DNA from: Squalus acanthias
Taxonomy: Eukaryota
Assembly (NCBI GenBank): GCA_030390025.1
Contig: CM059432.1
Coordinates: 148,554,001-148,618,000 of the forward strand
Reading direction: 5' to 3'
DNA length: 64,000 nt
Shown here: piece after piece, positions 49,718 through 62,100 of the stretch
Layout of the letters: each line of letters opens with the position of its first letter
Numbering within the stretch: position 1 is the stretch's first letter
Notes under the pieces: model-generated
What the model was told of the DNA's origin: nothing
Database searches by the model: none
What the model saw: only the letters and a program-made list of their open reading frames with translations
Made by a program: the position numbers and the translations under genes

Positions 49718-51387
49718 ATTGTTTATTCGAACCTTGCTGGAAGTACACTGTATGGATTATCTTGCCGAAACAGTTGCTGCTCATTCCAATCTCGTTGGAA
49801 GTGCACTGTGGGGGTTCTCCTGTGGTTACTGTTCTATTTAGACCTCTTTTCATTAAATTTTAATTTGCATTTGCACAGATTTCAGGCATGGATTAAGTCA
49901 TGTCTAAGTTTTTTGTTTCCATGCAGAGAGCTTGCATGTAGAGTGGAGCTCTCTTCAGACTGATGTCAACCTCAGAAGAAGGAATGCCTTTGATTCGAAA
50001 ACAAATGTTAATTGCTGGCAGTACGACACCTGCTCCACAGGCCGATAAGGTTAGGCTGCACATTCGCAGTGGCCCTTTGCAGTGAGTTTACGTTGTGAAC
50101 TAGGTGACCTGAGCAATTGTCAAGCGGAGGGGGTGAATTTCCCCACAAGGAGTGGGGGGAAGTCAGAACGGAAACTGATGAGAAAAGAGAGTGCGGCCTC
50201 GGCAGAGACCTGGGAGCAGTGGAATCATTATTGGGCGACAGTATATGGGACTAAAACAGCCAGAAGAAAACTGTAAAGAAAATTACAGGTGAAATGTTTC
50301 CTCGTGAAGTGGAGAGGTGTTATTTCTAAGAAATGGAACTCTTACCATTTCAGGCGCTCATTCAGATTAAGCAGTCCTGGATCAGGTGTAGCACAGCCAT
50401 ATCCAGAGAATGGCTCTTTCTGCTCAGCCCCAACAACGTGTCTCAGTTCCAAGCTGAGAAGAGTGCCCCTTACTGCGTCAGTGTGACATGAATTTTAATT
50501 TCCCACATCACCCATCCTGCACACTCTCCCTGAGTGGCATTGCCAAATTGGGGCTGAATTAGGGCCAGTTTCACTTTGTAAGCCAATTCCCTCCAAGAAT
50601 CGGATAAGATGCAAACTCATTTCACATAGGACACTCACTTTGGTCCGAAGATTCTGACACACAGCGGTAGAAATTATTCTTGGGCAGTATCGCATCAGTC
50701 GCCTGTTACGAGCCCCACTTGCTATTCAGTTCCAGTGAAGTCAGTGGAACGGGATATCGGATGGCCGGCCGATTCCACGTCGTCTGGTTTTTTTGCGCTA
50801 CCCCGCAATGTCCAAGCGCTGCAGTTGCACAGATTACAAATGTGAGTAAATTCACCATATAATGTGGTACTCAACATACAGATCAGGAATGTTCCACCTT
50901 TCATCCTTGGTCTGTGCTGAGTTTGTTGATCTTGGCTGGGGCAATGGTGGGACTTTTGCAATTGGCCCTATTGTTTTGGCACGTGTGGGAAGGGAGAAGT
51001 GCCCAGTGTTGCCATCCCTCATCACAGTCCAGGAATCCCTGCTAGAAATGTGAGTGAGGATGATAGACAAGGAAAGCTTCAGCATTGGGTATGATGGCTC
51101 CACAGTTGAATAGCCTGCTAACAGCAACAACTGGCATTTATATAGTGCCTTCAACAGAAGGTGCTTTACAGAGGAAAGAAAAAAGTAACAGATGCCTAGC
51201 CATGATGGAAGAGTTAGAAGGGGTGATCAAAACTTTAATTAAAAAGAAGGGTTTCAAAATATAAAGGAAAAACAGCAAATGCCGGAAATGTGAAGCAAAA
51301 ATTAGGTGTAAGAAGTTTTTTAAAGGCCGAGAGTGTAATGAGGCAGAAGAGTTGAGAGAAGAAGTTCCAGAGAGCAGGGTTGAGATT

Positions 51388-52389
51388 CTTTTTTTTATTC
51401 ATTCATGGGATGTGGGCGTCGCTGGCAAGGCCAGCATTTATTGCCCATCCCTAATTGCCCTTGAGAAGGTGGTGGTGAGCCGTCTTCTTGAACCGCTGCA
51501 GTCCGTGTGGTGAAGATACTCCCACAGTGCTGTTAGGGAGGGAGTTCCAGGATTTTGACCCAACGACGATGAAGGATCGGCGATATATTTCCAAGTCAGG
51601 ATGGTGTGTGACTTGGAGGGGAACTTGGAGGTGGTGGTGTTCCCATGCGTCTGCTGCCCTTGTCCTTCTAGGTGGAAGAGGTCGCGGGTTTGGGAGGTGC
51701 TGCTGAAGAAGCCTTGGTGAGTTGCTGCAGTGCATCTTGTAGATGGTACACACTGCAGCCACGGTACGCCGGTGGTGGAGGGAGTGAATGTTTAAGGTGG
51801 TGGATGGGGTGTCAATCAAGTGGGCTGCTTTGTCCTGGATGGTGTCGAGCTTCTTGAGTGTTGTTGGAGCTGCACTCATCCAGGCAAGTGGAGATTATTC
51901 GTTCACACTCCTGACTTGTGCCTTGTAGATGGTGGAAAGGCTTTGGGGAGTCAGGAGGTGAGACACTCGCCGCAGAATACCCAGCCTCTGACCTTCTGAC
52001 CTGCTCTTGTAGCCACAGTATTTATCTGGCTCGTCAATGGTGATCCCCAGGACGTTGATGTTGAGGGATTCGGCGATGGTAATGCCATTGAATGTCAAGG
52101 GCCGGTGGTTAGACTCTCGCTTGTTGGAGATAGTCATTGCCTGGCACTTGTGTGGCGTGAATGTTACTTGCTATTTATCAGCCCAAGCCTGAACGTCGTC
52201 CAGGTCTTGCTGCATGCGGGCATGGAGTGCTTCATTATGTGAGGGGATGCGAATGGAACTGAACACTGTGCAATCATCAGCGAACAACCCACTTCTGACC
52301 TTGTGATGGAGGGAAGGTCATTGATGAAGCAGCTGAAGATGGTTGGTCCGAGGACACTGCCCTGAGGAACTCCTGCAGCGATGTCCTGG
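51388..52389 (-). mobile_element. CR1-group (Crack/Daphne-like) LINE, 5'-truncated
   Basis: GVPQGSVLGPTIF, FADDC, ORFs 51451-51879 and 51895-52137; A-tail. Confidence 0.88.
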
Positions 52390-52679
52390 TTGCAAGCTCT
52401 GTCACCAATGGTTGTGAAAGGAGCGGGTATTTCAGAAAGTCAAAGGATGAGGGTAATGAGCAAGGCGGCAGTAGTGTAGGAGAGAATGCAGGCAGCAGAA
52501 CCCACTATCCAAGCTCTCAAATGGATAATGCCATTGGTCCAAGGTACCAAAGGCCACCAGTGCATGTGGAACTGTTCTCCAGCATAAGTCTTCACTTTCA
52601 GAAGAGAACTAACCTTAAAAAAACTGGGGGAAGAAATCCACTAATGGTGCAGATATCTGCTGCACAAAAGTAACTGATA

Positions 52680-53199
52680 GGGGGGGGGTCTTGCCAGCCC
52701 TGGGGAGGCGGGACTGCCGGGAAAATGGCAGAATCTGGGGGCGGGTGCCCATCCCGCCCCCAACCCGTCTCCGTGCCATCTTACCAGGAGGCGGGTACCC
52801 GACCCGCGCTGGGAGCCGCCTCCCCGAGGCGGGAAGGGGATTACAGCCACTTAACTGCCTGTTAACAGCCATCTGATTTCTGCTCAGCAGATAGGTTTGA
52901 TGAGGTCTTGAACACAAGGACTCATCAAACAACAGAGAATGTCAGTGTTTGACAGCTTCACAGAGCCGTCAAACAATGACAATTCATCTGTCAAAAATTT
53001 TTGACAGCTGAAACGTCATACGCTGACGTTCTCTGTCACCGGCTTTCCCTTAATTGGCCGGCTAAACCCGCTGGGCGGGCTTAACAAGGTCAATCAAGGG
53101 AAGATAGCGTGGGTTGGCCAGAAGTCGATGGAGGCGGGACTGAAACCCGACAAGTGGGAATCCCGCCTCCAAAAGCTCCCCATTGGATAAATCCAGCCC
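52680..53199. mobile_element. Harbinger-type MITE, related to 24178-25047
   Basis: Ends ggggggggtcttgccagcc / ataaatccagccc; ATA/GTA flanks. Confidence 0.75.
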
Positions 53200-53621
53200 G
53201 TAGTCTTACACTGTATGGGTTTAACAATCAGTCTAAAATTCCACTGAACTAATGGGAAGCTTTGATATGCCTGAGTGAGAAGGGGATAATTATGATCATT
53301 TCAGAGCCAGATACTGTAAAGGAGGACAAGGCAGCTCCAAAAATGAAACAAGGACACACTGTTCAACTGACAAGTGTTTTATTGGCTGATTTAACTGCCT
53401 GCAGCAAACAGGACTGGGAGAGAGCACTGCATTGAATTACTGCTTGCATTTAAAAATTACATCTTTCACAGTACGCACACGTGCGTTTGATTTATAAACT
53501 GTCTCTGTGAGCCTGCTCCGAATCCAAAATCCTACAATCAGCCAGCAGCTGGTGATTTTCTGCAGTTAACTGGACACAATTCAACAATGTGGAACAGAGA
53601 ATTGTGGAACTAAACTGAAGA

Positions 53622-53737
53622 TGTAATGTATTATCACATGGTTTGTCACATGGTTTAGTATGAGCATGCTCAGTTCGCTCTGGCCAACTAGCAGCTGGTG
53701 TCTCTGTCATTCATTTGTTCTACCCACATATATTACA
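53622..53737 (+). repeat. Short 5' LTR
   Basis: tgtaatgtat ... atatattaca terminal inverted repeat directly before the PBS. Confidence 0.7.
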
Positions 53738-53741
53738 TTTT

Positions 53742-53753
53742 TGGCGATGAGGA
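53742..53753 (+). promoter_or_regulatory. Primer-binding site
   Basis: tggcgatgagga 4 nt after the LTR CA end. Confidence 0.7.
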
Positions 53754-53995
53754 TGGGATCCCAAAGCCATTTTTAGAGATCATGGAAGGACACAGTGTTC
53801 AACTTTCGAGTGGAAAAGTTTAAGGTGAATTTGTGACACTTAAACTGAATTTTTTGCGATGTTTTACTGTTAATGCTGATGCAGAATCGTCTGTGCTTCG
53901 CCTTCGTGTGTTTGTATACACAGCAACTGCGGCGTTGATTCTCACAGGTACACAGGTAGTGTGCTGAGTCACTGTTCAACGGGATCGGGACAATC

Positions 53996-54896
53996 ATGGC
54001 CGCGCCTACGGGATTCATCGGAAGCCTCGGCCTGTATGAGCGACCTCGCGAACCATTCAGTTCTTACATTGAGCGGATGGAGATGTTTTTAAGGCCCAAT
54101 AACATTACTGAGACCGAAGGTGCAGATGAGAATGTTCAAGCTCAAAATAAAGTCATTCGTGAACGGAAAAAAAGCAATTTTTCTAGCGGAGATCGGGCCA
54201 GATGTCTGCGGAATGTTGACAAACCTACTCGCGCCAGGGAAAGCGAAGGATGCGTTGTTTGAAGACATTGTCGAGAAACTCGAGGATCATTTCGACCCAA
54301 AGCCATTAGAAATAGCAGAGAGCTATAAGTTTCGTACCAGAAACCAAAAACAAAGTGAAACCATCAGTGAGTACACTGTAGCTCTTAAGAACCTGTCTTT
54401 GCATTGTAACTTCGGCACACTTTTGGATCGTGCATTGCGAGATAAGTTTGTGTGTGGACTGGTGAATGAGCGCACACAGTCCAAGTTACTGAACACTCCA
54501 AACCTAACGTTTGACATAGCATGCAAAATTGCCCTATCTATGGAGATGGCGTCTAAGAATTCTAGGGAGTTCCGTCCAACTCAAGTGACTAGTGCAGCTG
54601 AGGTCTACAGTCACAAAGCCACCATCAAACCTAAAGTTGTGAGACCGAGTCAAAAGCATGTCGGTGAGAGCAGTTCAGTGAATTGTTATCGCTGCAATGG
54701 AAATCACTCACCACAGTCCTGCCAATACAGAAATGTGAAGTGTTTTCACTGCCAGAAGCAAGGCCATATTTCAGCAGCTTGCAGAGCTAGATCGAAAGCA
54801 GGAAGTAAGAACCATTCTAGTGGCAATGCAAAGCAGCGACAACAAAAGGGAGGAGTTCACAATATTGAAGTGAACACACCTGATGTTAAAGACTAG
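53996..54896 (+). pseudogene. Gypsy gag (frameshift in the A-run near 54170)
   Basis: SYIERMEMF, LRDKFVCGL, zinc knuckles CYRCNGNHSPQSC and CFHCQKQGHISAAC. Confidence 0.9.
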
Positions 54897-55255
54897 GGGA
54901 GAAAAATTCAGTATCGCCCCGTTTGAGGCGCCATTATCGGCTGTGCGCAAAGATTAGCGCCTGGCGCTAATTATCACCTCCAACTGCAAACTTGGCTTTT
55001 ATTGCCCCTGAAGGTGATTGGAGCGCTAAATCAGGCACTACACACCTGTCTTAAGGCGCAAAGGCCGAGGAGCGAGGCGCTAACTCAGCGCGGGCGCAGC
55101 GCAGGTGATGTCAGTTAGCGATGGAACACAGACACACTGGCGCCGGCCAGTTCTTGAAGGGGAGGGTCGATCTTGCTCTCCAGCCACACCCTGCTCATTG
55201 CAGCCTTGAATCTCGGCCTGGAGAGACCTGTGACTACATTTTCCAGCCAAGGACT

Positions 55256-56826
55256 ATGGAGAGGGTGAGAGAACAAGCTCAGAGCTTCAGCGAGCAGGCC
55301 TTGGATGCTCTGGTTGGCGCGGTGGAGCGCAGAAGATCAATACTCTTCCCTGAGAGTGGCAGGAGGCCTTTGCCGCGCGAGTACAGAAGAGTGTGGAGGG
55401 AGGTGGCTCAGAGCGTCTCCTCCAGGAGCATGGTGCCCAGGACCCATACTCAATGTCGAAAAAGTTCAACGACCTCACTCGAGTCGTCAGGGTGAGTGGC
55501 TTTTTTTCAATACCACTCCATCCCTCCATCTCAACCTCACTCTATGGCCAGAGGGTCTTAAAACCCCAATGCACAACACTCATCCAACACCTATGGCCCT
55601 TTCATGAAACACACACACACATTCCACACTTTGCATACAGTAAGGGCTATTCACCTATGGGAGGCACATCAGGCAAGACCATGGCTGTATATTTACTCAG
55701 ACGTCGTCCTTTTTCTTGCAGGCCAAGCTATCTCATAATAGGAGACAGCAGCAACGGACAGGTGGAGGGCGGCCTCAGCTGCAACCCCTCAGCGATCTTG
55801 AGGCACGCGTCCACAGGATTGTGGCAAGCCAGGTGATTGGTCCCGTCACCCCTGGAGGGGCCGACCCCATTCTGGACAGCAATGGTAAGGTCATCACCTT
55901 TTTGTCCTCTCTCTCCTTCCACTTGTCCCTCACAACACCAGCCTTTGACACTTTCGATCCAACTTAAAATGGCTGCACTCCTTCCTCCCTTACTGCCCCC
56001 CTGTCCTCACGCTAAAGCCACTCTTGTACCTCCCTGCTTTCAGATGGTGATTCAGCAGCTGAGGAAACGGGCCCTCAAGCTGCCAGTGGGAGTGAAGCTG
56101 CAGGCGAGGAGGAAGATGAAGCCAGAGCATCAGCGCCACCTTCTCCCGAGGAAGCCCATGCCCACACTGGGAACACGCCTTCCCTGGAGGGGAGCAGGGG
56201 GGAAGAGTCTGATGAGGGTGAAGCTCCAGGACCCAGCGGGCTGCAGCAACGCCATGGGGGGGTAGGGAAGCAGGGGGGCCTTCTCCCCGGAGGGAGAGTA
56301 TGCCAGCGAGTCCTGCTGCACTGGACGCAGAGGAGGAGCGGCTCATCGCTGAAATGAACACCCAGGCGGTGGACATGCACACTGAGCTCATGGGTGCAGT
56401 GGGAAGGGTGCCCAAATGCATTGAATCACTGGCAAGGAGTGTGGAGCACTTCGCTGCAGCAGAGGCGGATGCCACGCTAAAGCTTAGTGCTGCAATTCAG
56501 TCACTGGCTGCCATGACCCCATCTCAGACTGCTCTCATGCAGACTCAGATTGAGGTCACGCAAGCACTGACTGCTGCCATTCTCGCTGGTCCGGACACAT
56601 TTCCCCGGGGCTCTCACCGCGCCGCAGCAGGCTAGCAATCTGTGCTCCAGCAGATTGCTCCGGATGCTGAAGTGCTGTCCCGTGGGAGTGCCAGTGTGTC
56701 AGTCGAGCAGGGAGCTGCTGTCCTCTCTCAAGAAGACAGCATTCCTGCTGCCACCACTGTCACTTCTCCACTGCACTTGCCACCGCCTGTAGCCAGACTG
56801 CTGCCGCCCATGCAGAGTTGGTGCAG
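55256..56826 (+). pseudogene. Harbinger Myb/SANT-like DNA-binding protein; exons 55256-55491, 55722-55884, 56044-~56826
   Basis: FSEQALDALV..VWREVA..RTHTQCRK(K)FNDL, RTGGG; GT-AG junctions; two frameshifts and a TAG at 56633. Confidence 0.85.
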
Positions 56827-57819
56827 GTTATGCAGAATGCAGCACACAACTACGAAGAGGGAGACTCGCTCAGGCGAGTACTGCAGGGCTCCTCCAGAAT
56901 GGTCCAGACAGCAGAACCGTTGCTTGAGCATGCCGATTGTGTGCTCAATGATGTTCCTGGTGGCGAGATGGCTCTCGTTGTACCGCAGCTCAGCAGGGGT
57001 GTTGGGGGTACAGAGCGGTGTCATCAGCCAGGTGCACAGTGGATAACCCTTGTCCCCAAGAAGCCAACCACTTGGGTGATGCGGTGCCTGGAAAAGTTCT
57101 GCCACAGTAGTCTGGCGTAGGATGAATGCATCGTGGCTGCTGCCAGGATAGCGGGCATTGACAGCAAGTATCAGCTGTCTGTGGTCACAGACCAACTGGA
57201 CGTTTAGGGAGTGGAATCCCTTTCGGTTGCGGAAATCCTCTGCATTCACATGCGGTGCACGCAAAGCCACATGTGTGCAGTCAATGGCGCCCTGCACCAT
57301 GGGGAAGCCCGCTATCCTCGCAAAGCCCATAGCGCGTTCATGCTGCTTGGCCCGGGTCATCGGGAAAGAGATGTACTCTCGTCTCCTTTTATAGAGGGCA
57401 TTTGTGACCTGACGGATGCAGCGATGGACAGCGAACTGGGAGATATTGGCAATGTCCCCAGTAGCTGCTTGAAAGGAGCCGGTGGCATAAAAGTTCAGAG
57501 TCACTGTGACCTTCACTGCCACCGACAGAGACGTCCTGGACCTCAGTTGAAGCTGCAGATCTGGCTGCAGCAGGTGGCAGAGCTCAGTGACCGCCTCCTT
57601 GCTGAAGCGCAGCCTTCGCAAACACTGCTCCTCAGACATATTAATGTAGGAGAATTGTTGACGAAATACCCGGGGAGGGTAAGGTCTCCTGTACAGAGGC
57701 CTGTTGGCCCTCCTCCGTCTGGCCATGATTGCCACTCTCTCTCTGCGTCTCTGTGGCCTCCGAATCTGCCGGCGCAGGAGACGCCCCCAATCAGTGCAGC
57801 CCCCATAGTCTCTTGGCAA
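56728..57819 (-). CDS. Harbinger (HARBI1-like) DDE transposase; C-terminus replaced by a deletion junction, likely ATG at 57806 out of frame
   Basis: GAIDCTH, NRKGFHSLNVQ, PGSSHDA, LLGDKGY, RNIIEHTIG, CCILHNL. Confidence 0.93.
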   Translation of the reverse strand: MPRDYGGCTDWGRLLRRQIRRPQRRRERVAIMARRRRANRPLYRRPYPPRVFRQQFSYINMSEEQCLRRLRFSKEAVTELCHLLQPDLQLQLRSRTSLSVAVKVTVTLNFYATGSFQAATGDIANISQFAVHRCIRQVTNALYKRRREYISFPMTRAKQHERAMGFARIAGFPMVQGAIDCTHVALRAPHVNAEDFRNRKGFHSLNVQLVCDHRQLILAVNARYPGSSHDAFILRQTTVAELFQAPHHPSGWLLGDKGYPLCTWLMTPLCTPNTPAELRYNESHLATRNIIEHTIGMLKQRFCCLDHSGGALQYSPERVSLFVVVCCILHNLHQLCMGGSSLATGGGKCSGEVTVVAAGMLSS

Positions 57820-58309
57820 TCAATAATGAAGGTCAAAAACAAAAGTACTTGCAAAGTGATGCTCAGTAGCCAAAACTACTTCACACAGCGTTGAATCTAT
57901 GCAGAAGTCTCTCCTCTCTCTCAGAATCTCTCTCTCTGTCTGAACGAGTGGTGCAAAAATATCTACCACAGAAAAAGCCAGGAAGAGGCCGCGTTTAAAT
58001 AGCGCCCCCCCAGCCCCACAGCGACTGGGAAACGTTCCAGTCTACCTGTCGTTGCTTGCGCCAGGCGGAAAGGAGGGGGGCGCCACTCAATATCCACTCC
58101 GGGGCGCCACAAGGGTGTTGCACGCTCGAATGACGTCAAGATCTGCGTGCGCAGGAGATCGGGGTGGTATTGTTTCGCGCCGCCGCAAAATGTCTGGTCA
58201 ATTTCGCGAGCGGCGCAGATATCGCCGTGCCCGGGCGCTAGTTGCTTTGCGCCCATTAGCGCCCTCTTAAGGCGCTAACGGGAGGCGCAAACCAACTGAA
58301 TTTTCCCCC

Positions 58310-60072
58310 CTAGGCATCTACAGTATCTATGCCACTAGCGGTAACACCAGCAGTCGTGAGAAAGACTTCCGTACAAAACTTTTGATCAACGAGCAATATA
58401 TTGATATATGTGTCGACACAGTGGCGGACTGCTCTGTCATGAGTAAGGACACATATGAGAGTAAGTTTAATCAAATACCACTTACAAAGAGTACCGTAGA
58501 GTTAAAAACCTACTCCGGAGAAATCCTGAAGACATGTGGAGAAATGGAATGTACAGTTCAGCACAATGGCCAGTCAGCAAAGCTGCCTATTATTGTAGCG
58601 AGCTACAACAACAGGACAACCCTCATGGGCAAAGACTGGTTGAGAAAGTTGAAACTAGACTGGAAAAACATCTTCAGTGTCGATGCTTCAAAGAAGCGAC
58701 TCAACACAATGCTGAACAAGTATAAAAGCATGTTCTCAAACAGTTATGAAGGCATCACTGGATATGACGCGCATATCCGCATCAAGTCCAACGTGAAGCT
58801 TGTCTATTATAAGGCAAGGCCGGTCCCCTATGCATTGAAAAGTCAGGTGGAGGAAGAGCTAGAGAAACTGAGAGAGAACGGAGTGCTAGTAAAAACTGAC
58901 AAAAGTGAATGGGCTACCTCGATTGTGGTAGTGCACAAAGTAGACAAAACTGTACGCTTTTGCGGTGACTACAAAGTTACTATCAACCAAGCAACTGACG
59001 ATGAGCAGTACCCGTTACCTACATCACAAGATTTGTATGCAGCACTCTCTGGGTCAAAGGTTTCCTCCAAGCTTGACCTGTCGCACGCTTATGCTCAGCT
59101 GAATGTTGACAGAGAGTCAACAGTATCTCACAGGACTGTACTCATACACCAAGCTGCCGTATAGTGTAAAATCCTCCCCCAAAATCTTCCAGGCTACGAT
59201 GGATAAGATTTTGCAAAGAAAGCGCAACAGGAAACTTATGACGCTCATAAGAGAAGTCTCTCTAGTGATGCTCTACTTGTGCATTACGACACAGAGCGTG
59301 AGCTTAAGTTAGCGTGTGATGGTTCTATCTATGGTATGGGAACTATCATAAGCCACGTAATGGGTGGCGGCCAAGAGAAACCAATCATGTTCGCATCGCG
59401 AACCCTCACAAAGAGCGAAAGAAACTACGCACAAATTGAAAAGGAAGCACTCGCCATAGTGTTTGGAATCAAGAAATTTCAACAGTTCCTGATCAGCAGA
59501 AAGTTTACCCTGATAACCGATCACAAACCACTCCGAGCAACATTGGGGCCCAAATCTGCCATCCCTGCAATGGCCGGATCAAGAATGCAACATTGGGCAG
59601 TGTTGTTGTCACAATATGACTACATGATTGAATATCGCACTTCAAAGCAAAATGCAATCGCAGATGCCTTGTCCAGGTTGCCACATGAAGACTCGTGTTA
59701 GGAGTGAAGATGAGATTTTCACGCTAGGTGCTGTTGACAAAGACTTTCCCATGAATGCAACTGAGATTGCAGATGAGACTCAAAAGGACTCAGTACTGGA
59801 AAGAGTGTATGAAAACACCTTGAATGGATGGACTGATCAGTGTCTGGACACAGAATTGAAACCATTCCCTAACCGTCGTACTGAATTGTGTTGTGAGCAA
59901 GGTTGTATCAAGTGGGGAAACAGAGTGCTGGTACCTACTTCTTTGAGAGATAGACTTTTGGCCGAACTTCATATTGAACATCCAGGGATCGTCAGTATGA
60001 AATCAATTGCAAGAAGCTTTGCTTACTGGCCTGGATTGGACAGTGATCTTGAATCATTAGTCAGCAAATGCA
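58310..60072 (+). pseudogene. Gypsy pol: protease, partial RT, RNase H, integrase N-terminus
   Basis: VDTVA, RFCGDYK, KLDLSHAY, LACDGS, YAQIEKEALA, TDHKPL, HPGIVSMK..WPGLD; YxDD region deleted near 59220. Confidence 0.92.
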
Positions 60073-60363
60073 GCCCGGCACCTGCTCCACACAGACTAGC
60101 CCGAATCCCAGAGGGGCACGAAAAAAGGCTCACTCCCTCATTAACATATGCAAGAGGCTTGTTCTAGGCAGCTGCTAAGGAAGCCTGAAAAATTGCCTGA
60201 CCCAATGTGGGGTCAGACCTATTTCAGGTGTCTTTGGGGTGTAGGAGACAGCAGCATGAACATGGTACCTTACCCCCACCTTCTCCCATTCTGTGCCCGA
60301 GAAACGGCGTCCAATTTCTCCCCCATTACTTTCTCAGGGCAACTTCATATCCCGAGAATAATG

Positions 60364-60967
60364 GCCCGTAATTTCCGATAGGAGGCTTCCTGCGTCCGGA
60401 CACTTCCGCTCCTGGGCCTCTCCACTGTCGAAATGCGCAGGGCCCACGTATCCCAGGGGCGCAGGTGGTTCGCAAGCGTCCCTGGGATCACGTGGGCCAT
60501 GGGGAGCCAATAGGAGAAGGGAATCTCCCTTCATACTTTTGACAGATAGACCTGTCAAATATATGAATGGAGATCAGCCCAAAAACACAGCAAAACATTA
60601 AATAAATTTTTTTAAACCATCACGTTTTTAAAATGAGTTAAAATTACAATAAATTAAATACTTTAAACAAAAATTTATGGGGCGAAAAATAAACTTATCT
60701 TTTTTTTACTTTTTTCAACTCATGCTGGTAAAAGCAGGCCTTTCGCCTGCTTTTACCAGACGTAAGATTTTTAAGGGTTTTCAGCGGGCGGAGGTTCTCC
60801 AGAAAGCGGAACTCTCCCCCCCCCCCCCGCAGAGGCCCCTCTCCTTGACAGATCGGGAATGCCGGTTTTCAGTGCATGCGCTTGGCATGCCTGAAACCGG
60901 CATTTCCGATGTCCCTGCGGGTGTGTACACAGCGCATACCCACCCCTAGGCATCAGAATATACGGGC
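60364..60967. mobile_element. Harbinger-type MITE, related to 48975-49717
   Basis: TIR gcccgtaatttccgat / atcagaatatacgggc; ATG TSD. Confidence 0.75.
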
Positions 60968-61399
60968 ATGTGATGTTTTTTTTAAATGCTGAACCTTGGT
61001 GAATTTGTACCAAGAAACTTTTTTTTTTCTTTGTGAAGAACATGTATCGGGAAATCGTGGTTGAGGAGGGCCTGTACAAATGCTTGCTCCGAGCGTGGAG
61101 CCTCACCCACAGGAAGTACGTACCATGAAATCACGGGCACACTCTCCACGACGTTCTGATATGTCCATTTGGAAAACTGTGGGGAGCACAACCATGATTT
61201 TGCGATCCATGTTCTCAGTGAACGAAGCTACCTGCCTGGAGTGCAACTGTACACAATCAGTCCCGGCCTGTCCTCCTCGCAGACCTTTTGCATATTTCAG
61301 TCGACATATATTGCAAACACCTAGTGAGTGCAGGGTAATTGACGTGAGGTGAGGCTCCGGGTGGCGAGCCTCATTCAACAGTTATTACAAGAGTACCGA

Positions 61400-61830
61400 G
61401 ATAAAGAGAATTCAGTGGATGTATATATACATTTCTAGAGGACGTTTGATGGGCTGCCACTTATAAAAGAGGCTGTTGCTGTTTGGATAGAGAAAGTGGA
61501 AAAGGAGACTGACAGCAGAGAGTAGGGATTCATGGATTTATTTTAGGTTGAGGATGTGGGTAGTGATGTGTACCAGGGAGCTATGCTGGGACCTCTTTCA
61601 TTTTCTGTTTTTGTAAAATGATTTGGACATAGGCAGAGGAATCATATTGAAGTTTGCTCGTGCTACCAAATTAGGGAGAAGGAAGGAGATTACAGGAGGC
61701 CACAGACAGGTTAGTGGACTGGGGAGACGCATTCCAACACAGAGAAATGTAGTACATCTTGGGAAAAAAGAAATGTGAACGGAAGTATGCCCTAAATGGT
61801 GAGATTGTTAACAAAGTCAATGAATAGAAA
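61400..61830 (+). mobile_element. Highly decayed CR1 RT fragment
   Basis: Remnants gtaccagggagctatgctgggacct, aagtttgctcgtgctaccaaattaggg. Confidence 0.5.
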
Positions 61831-62100
61831 GTACCAGTGGTGACACAGAGGGGGTGAATATCTGCAGGGCCTCTCCTGATCATCTGCCATCATTTTGGCG
61901 GAAATCTTGGAGAGAATTGAATTGTTGGTACTGAAAATTTTTTAAATGGCCACATCCCAGGGAGAATGAAAATGCCCTGAGCTCCCAACAGCCGTGATTC
62001 TACATAATCTAATTCCACGGAGCACTTCGGTCCCCGCCACAATCTCTGTTCCCTAGCAACCGACTCCATCCCTCTCCCTGGCCACTGTCTGAGGCTGAAC

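Larger units (their letters stand above)
54897..58310. mobile_element. PIF/Harbinger DNA transposon with two convergent genes, internally deleted
   Basis: TIR ggg(a/g)g(a/g)aaaattcagt; 3-bp TSD TAG (equivalently CTA); Myb/SANT gene plus DDE transposase. Confidence 0.95.
53622..60072 (+). mobile_element. Gypsy/Ty3 LTR retrotransposon, decayed and 3'-truncated, interrupted by Harbinger
   Basis: LTR, PBS, gag, then PR-RT-RH-IN domain order. Confidence 0.92.

Noticed and set aside
50870..51123. Degenerate ancient SINE-like sequence (also 28490-28760)
   Set aside because: Too decayed to assign boundaries or family by eye
54880..54896. Programmed gag-pol frameshift or read-through at GAC TAG
   Set aside because: The -1 frame has a TAA just upstream and there is no slippery heptamer; a 1-nt loss is simpler
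61124..61320. Possible minus-strand exon (ctcactAG ... ATG|GTacgt, open, phase 1/0) as the preceding ITGA9 exon
   Set aside because: Phases fit, but the peptide lacks the PRVYF-like motif, is longer than expected and shows only chance-level similarity
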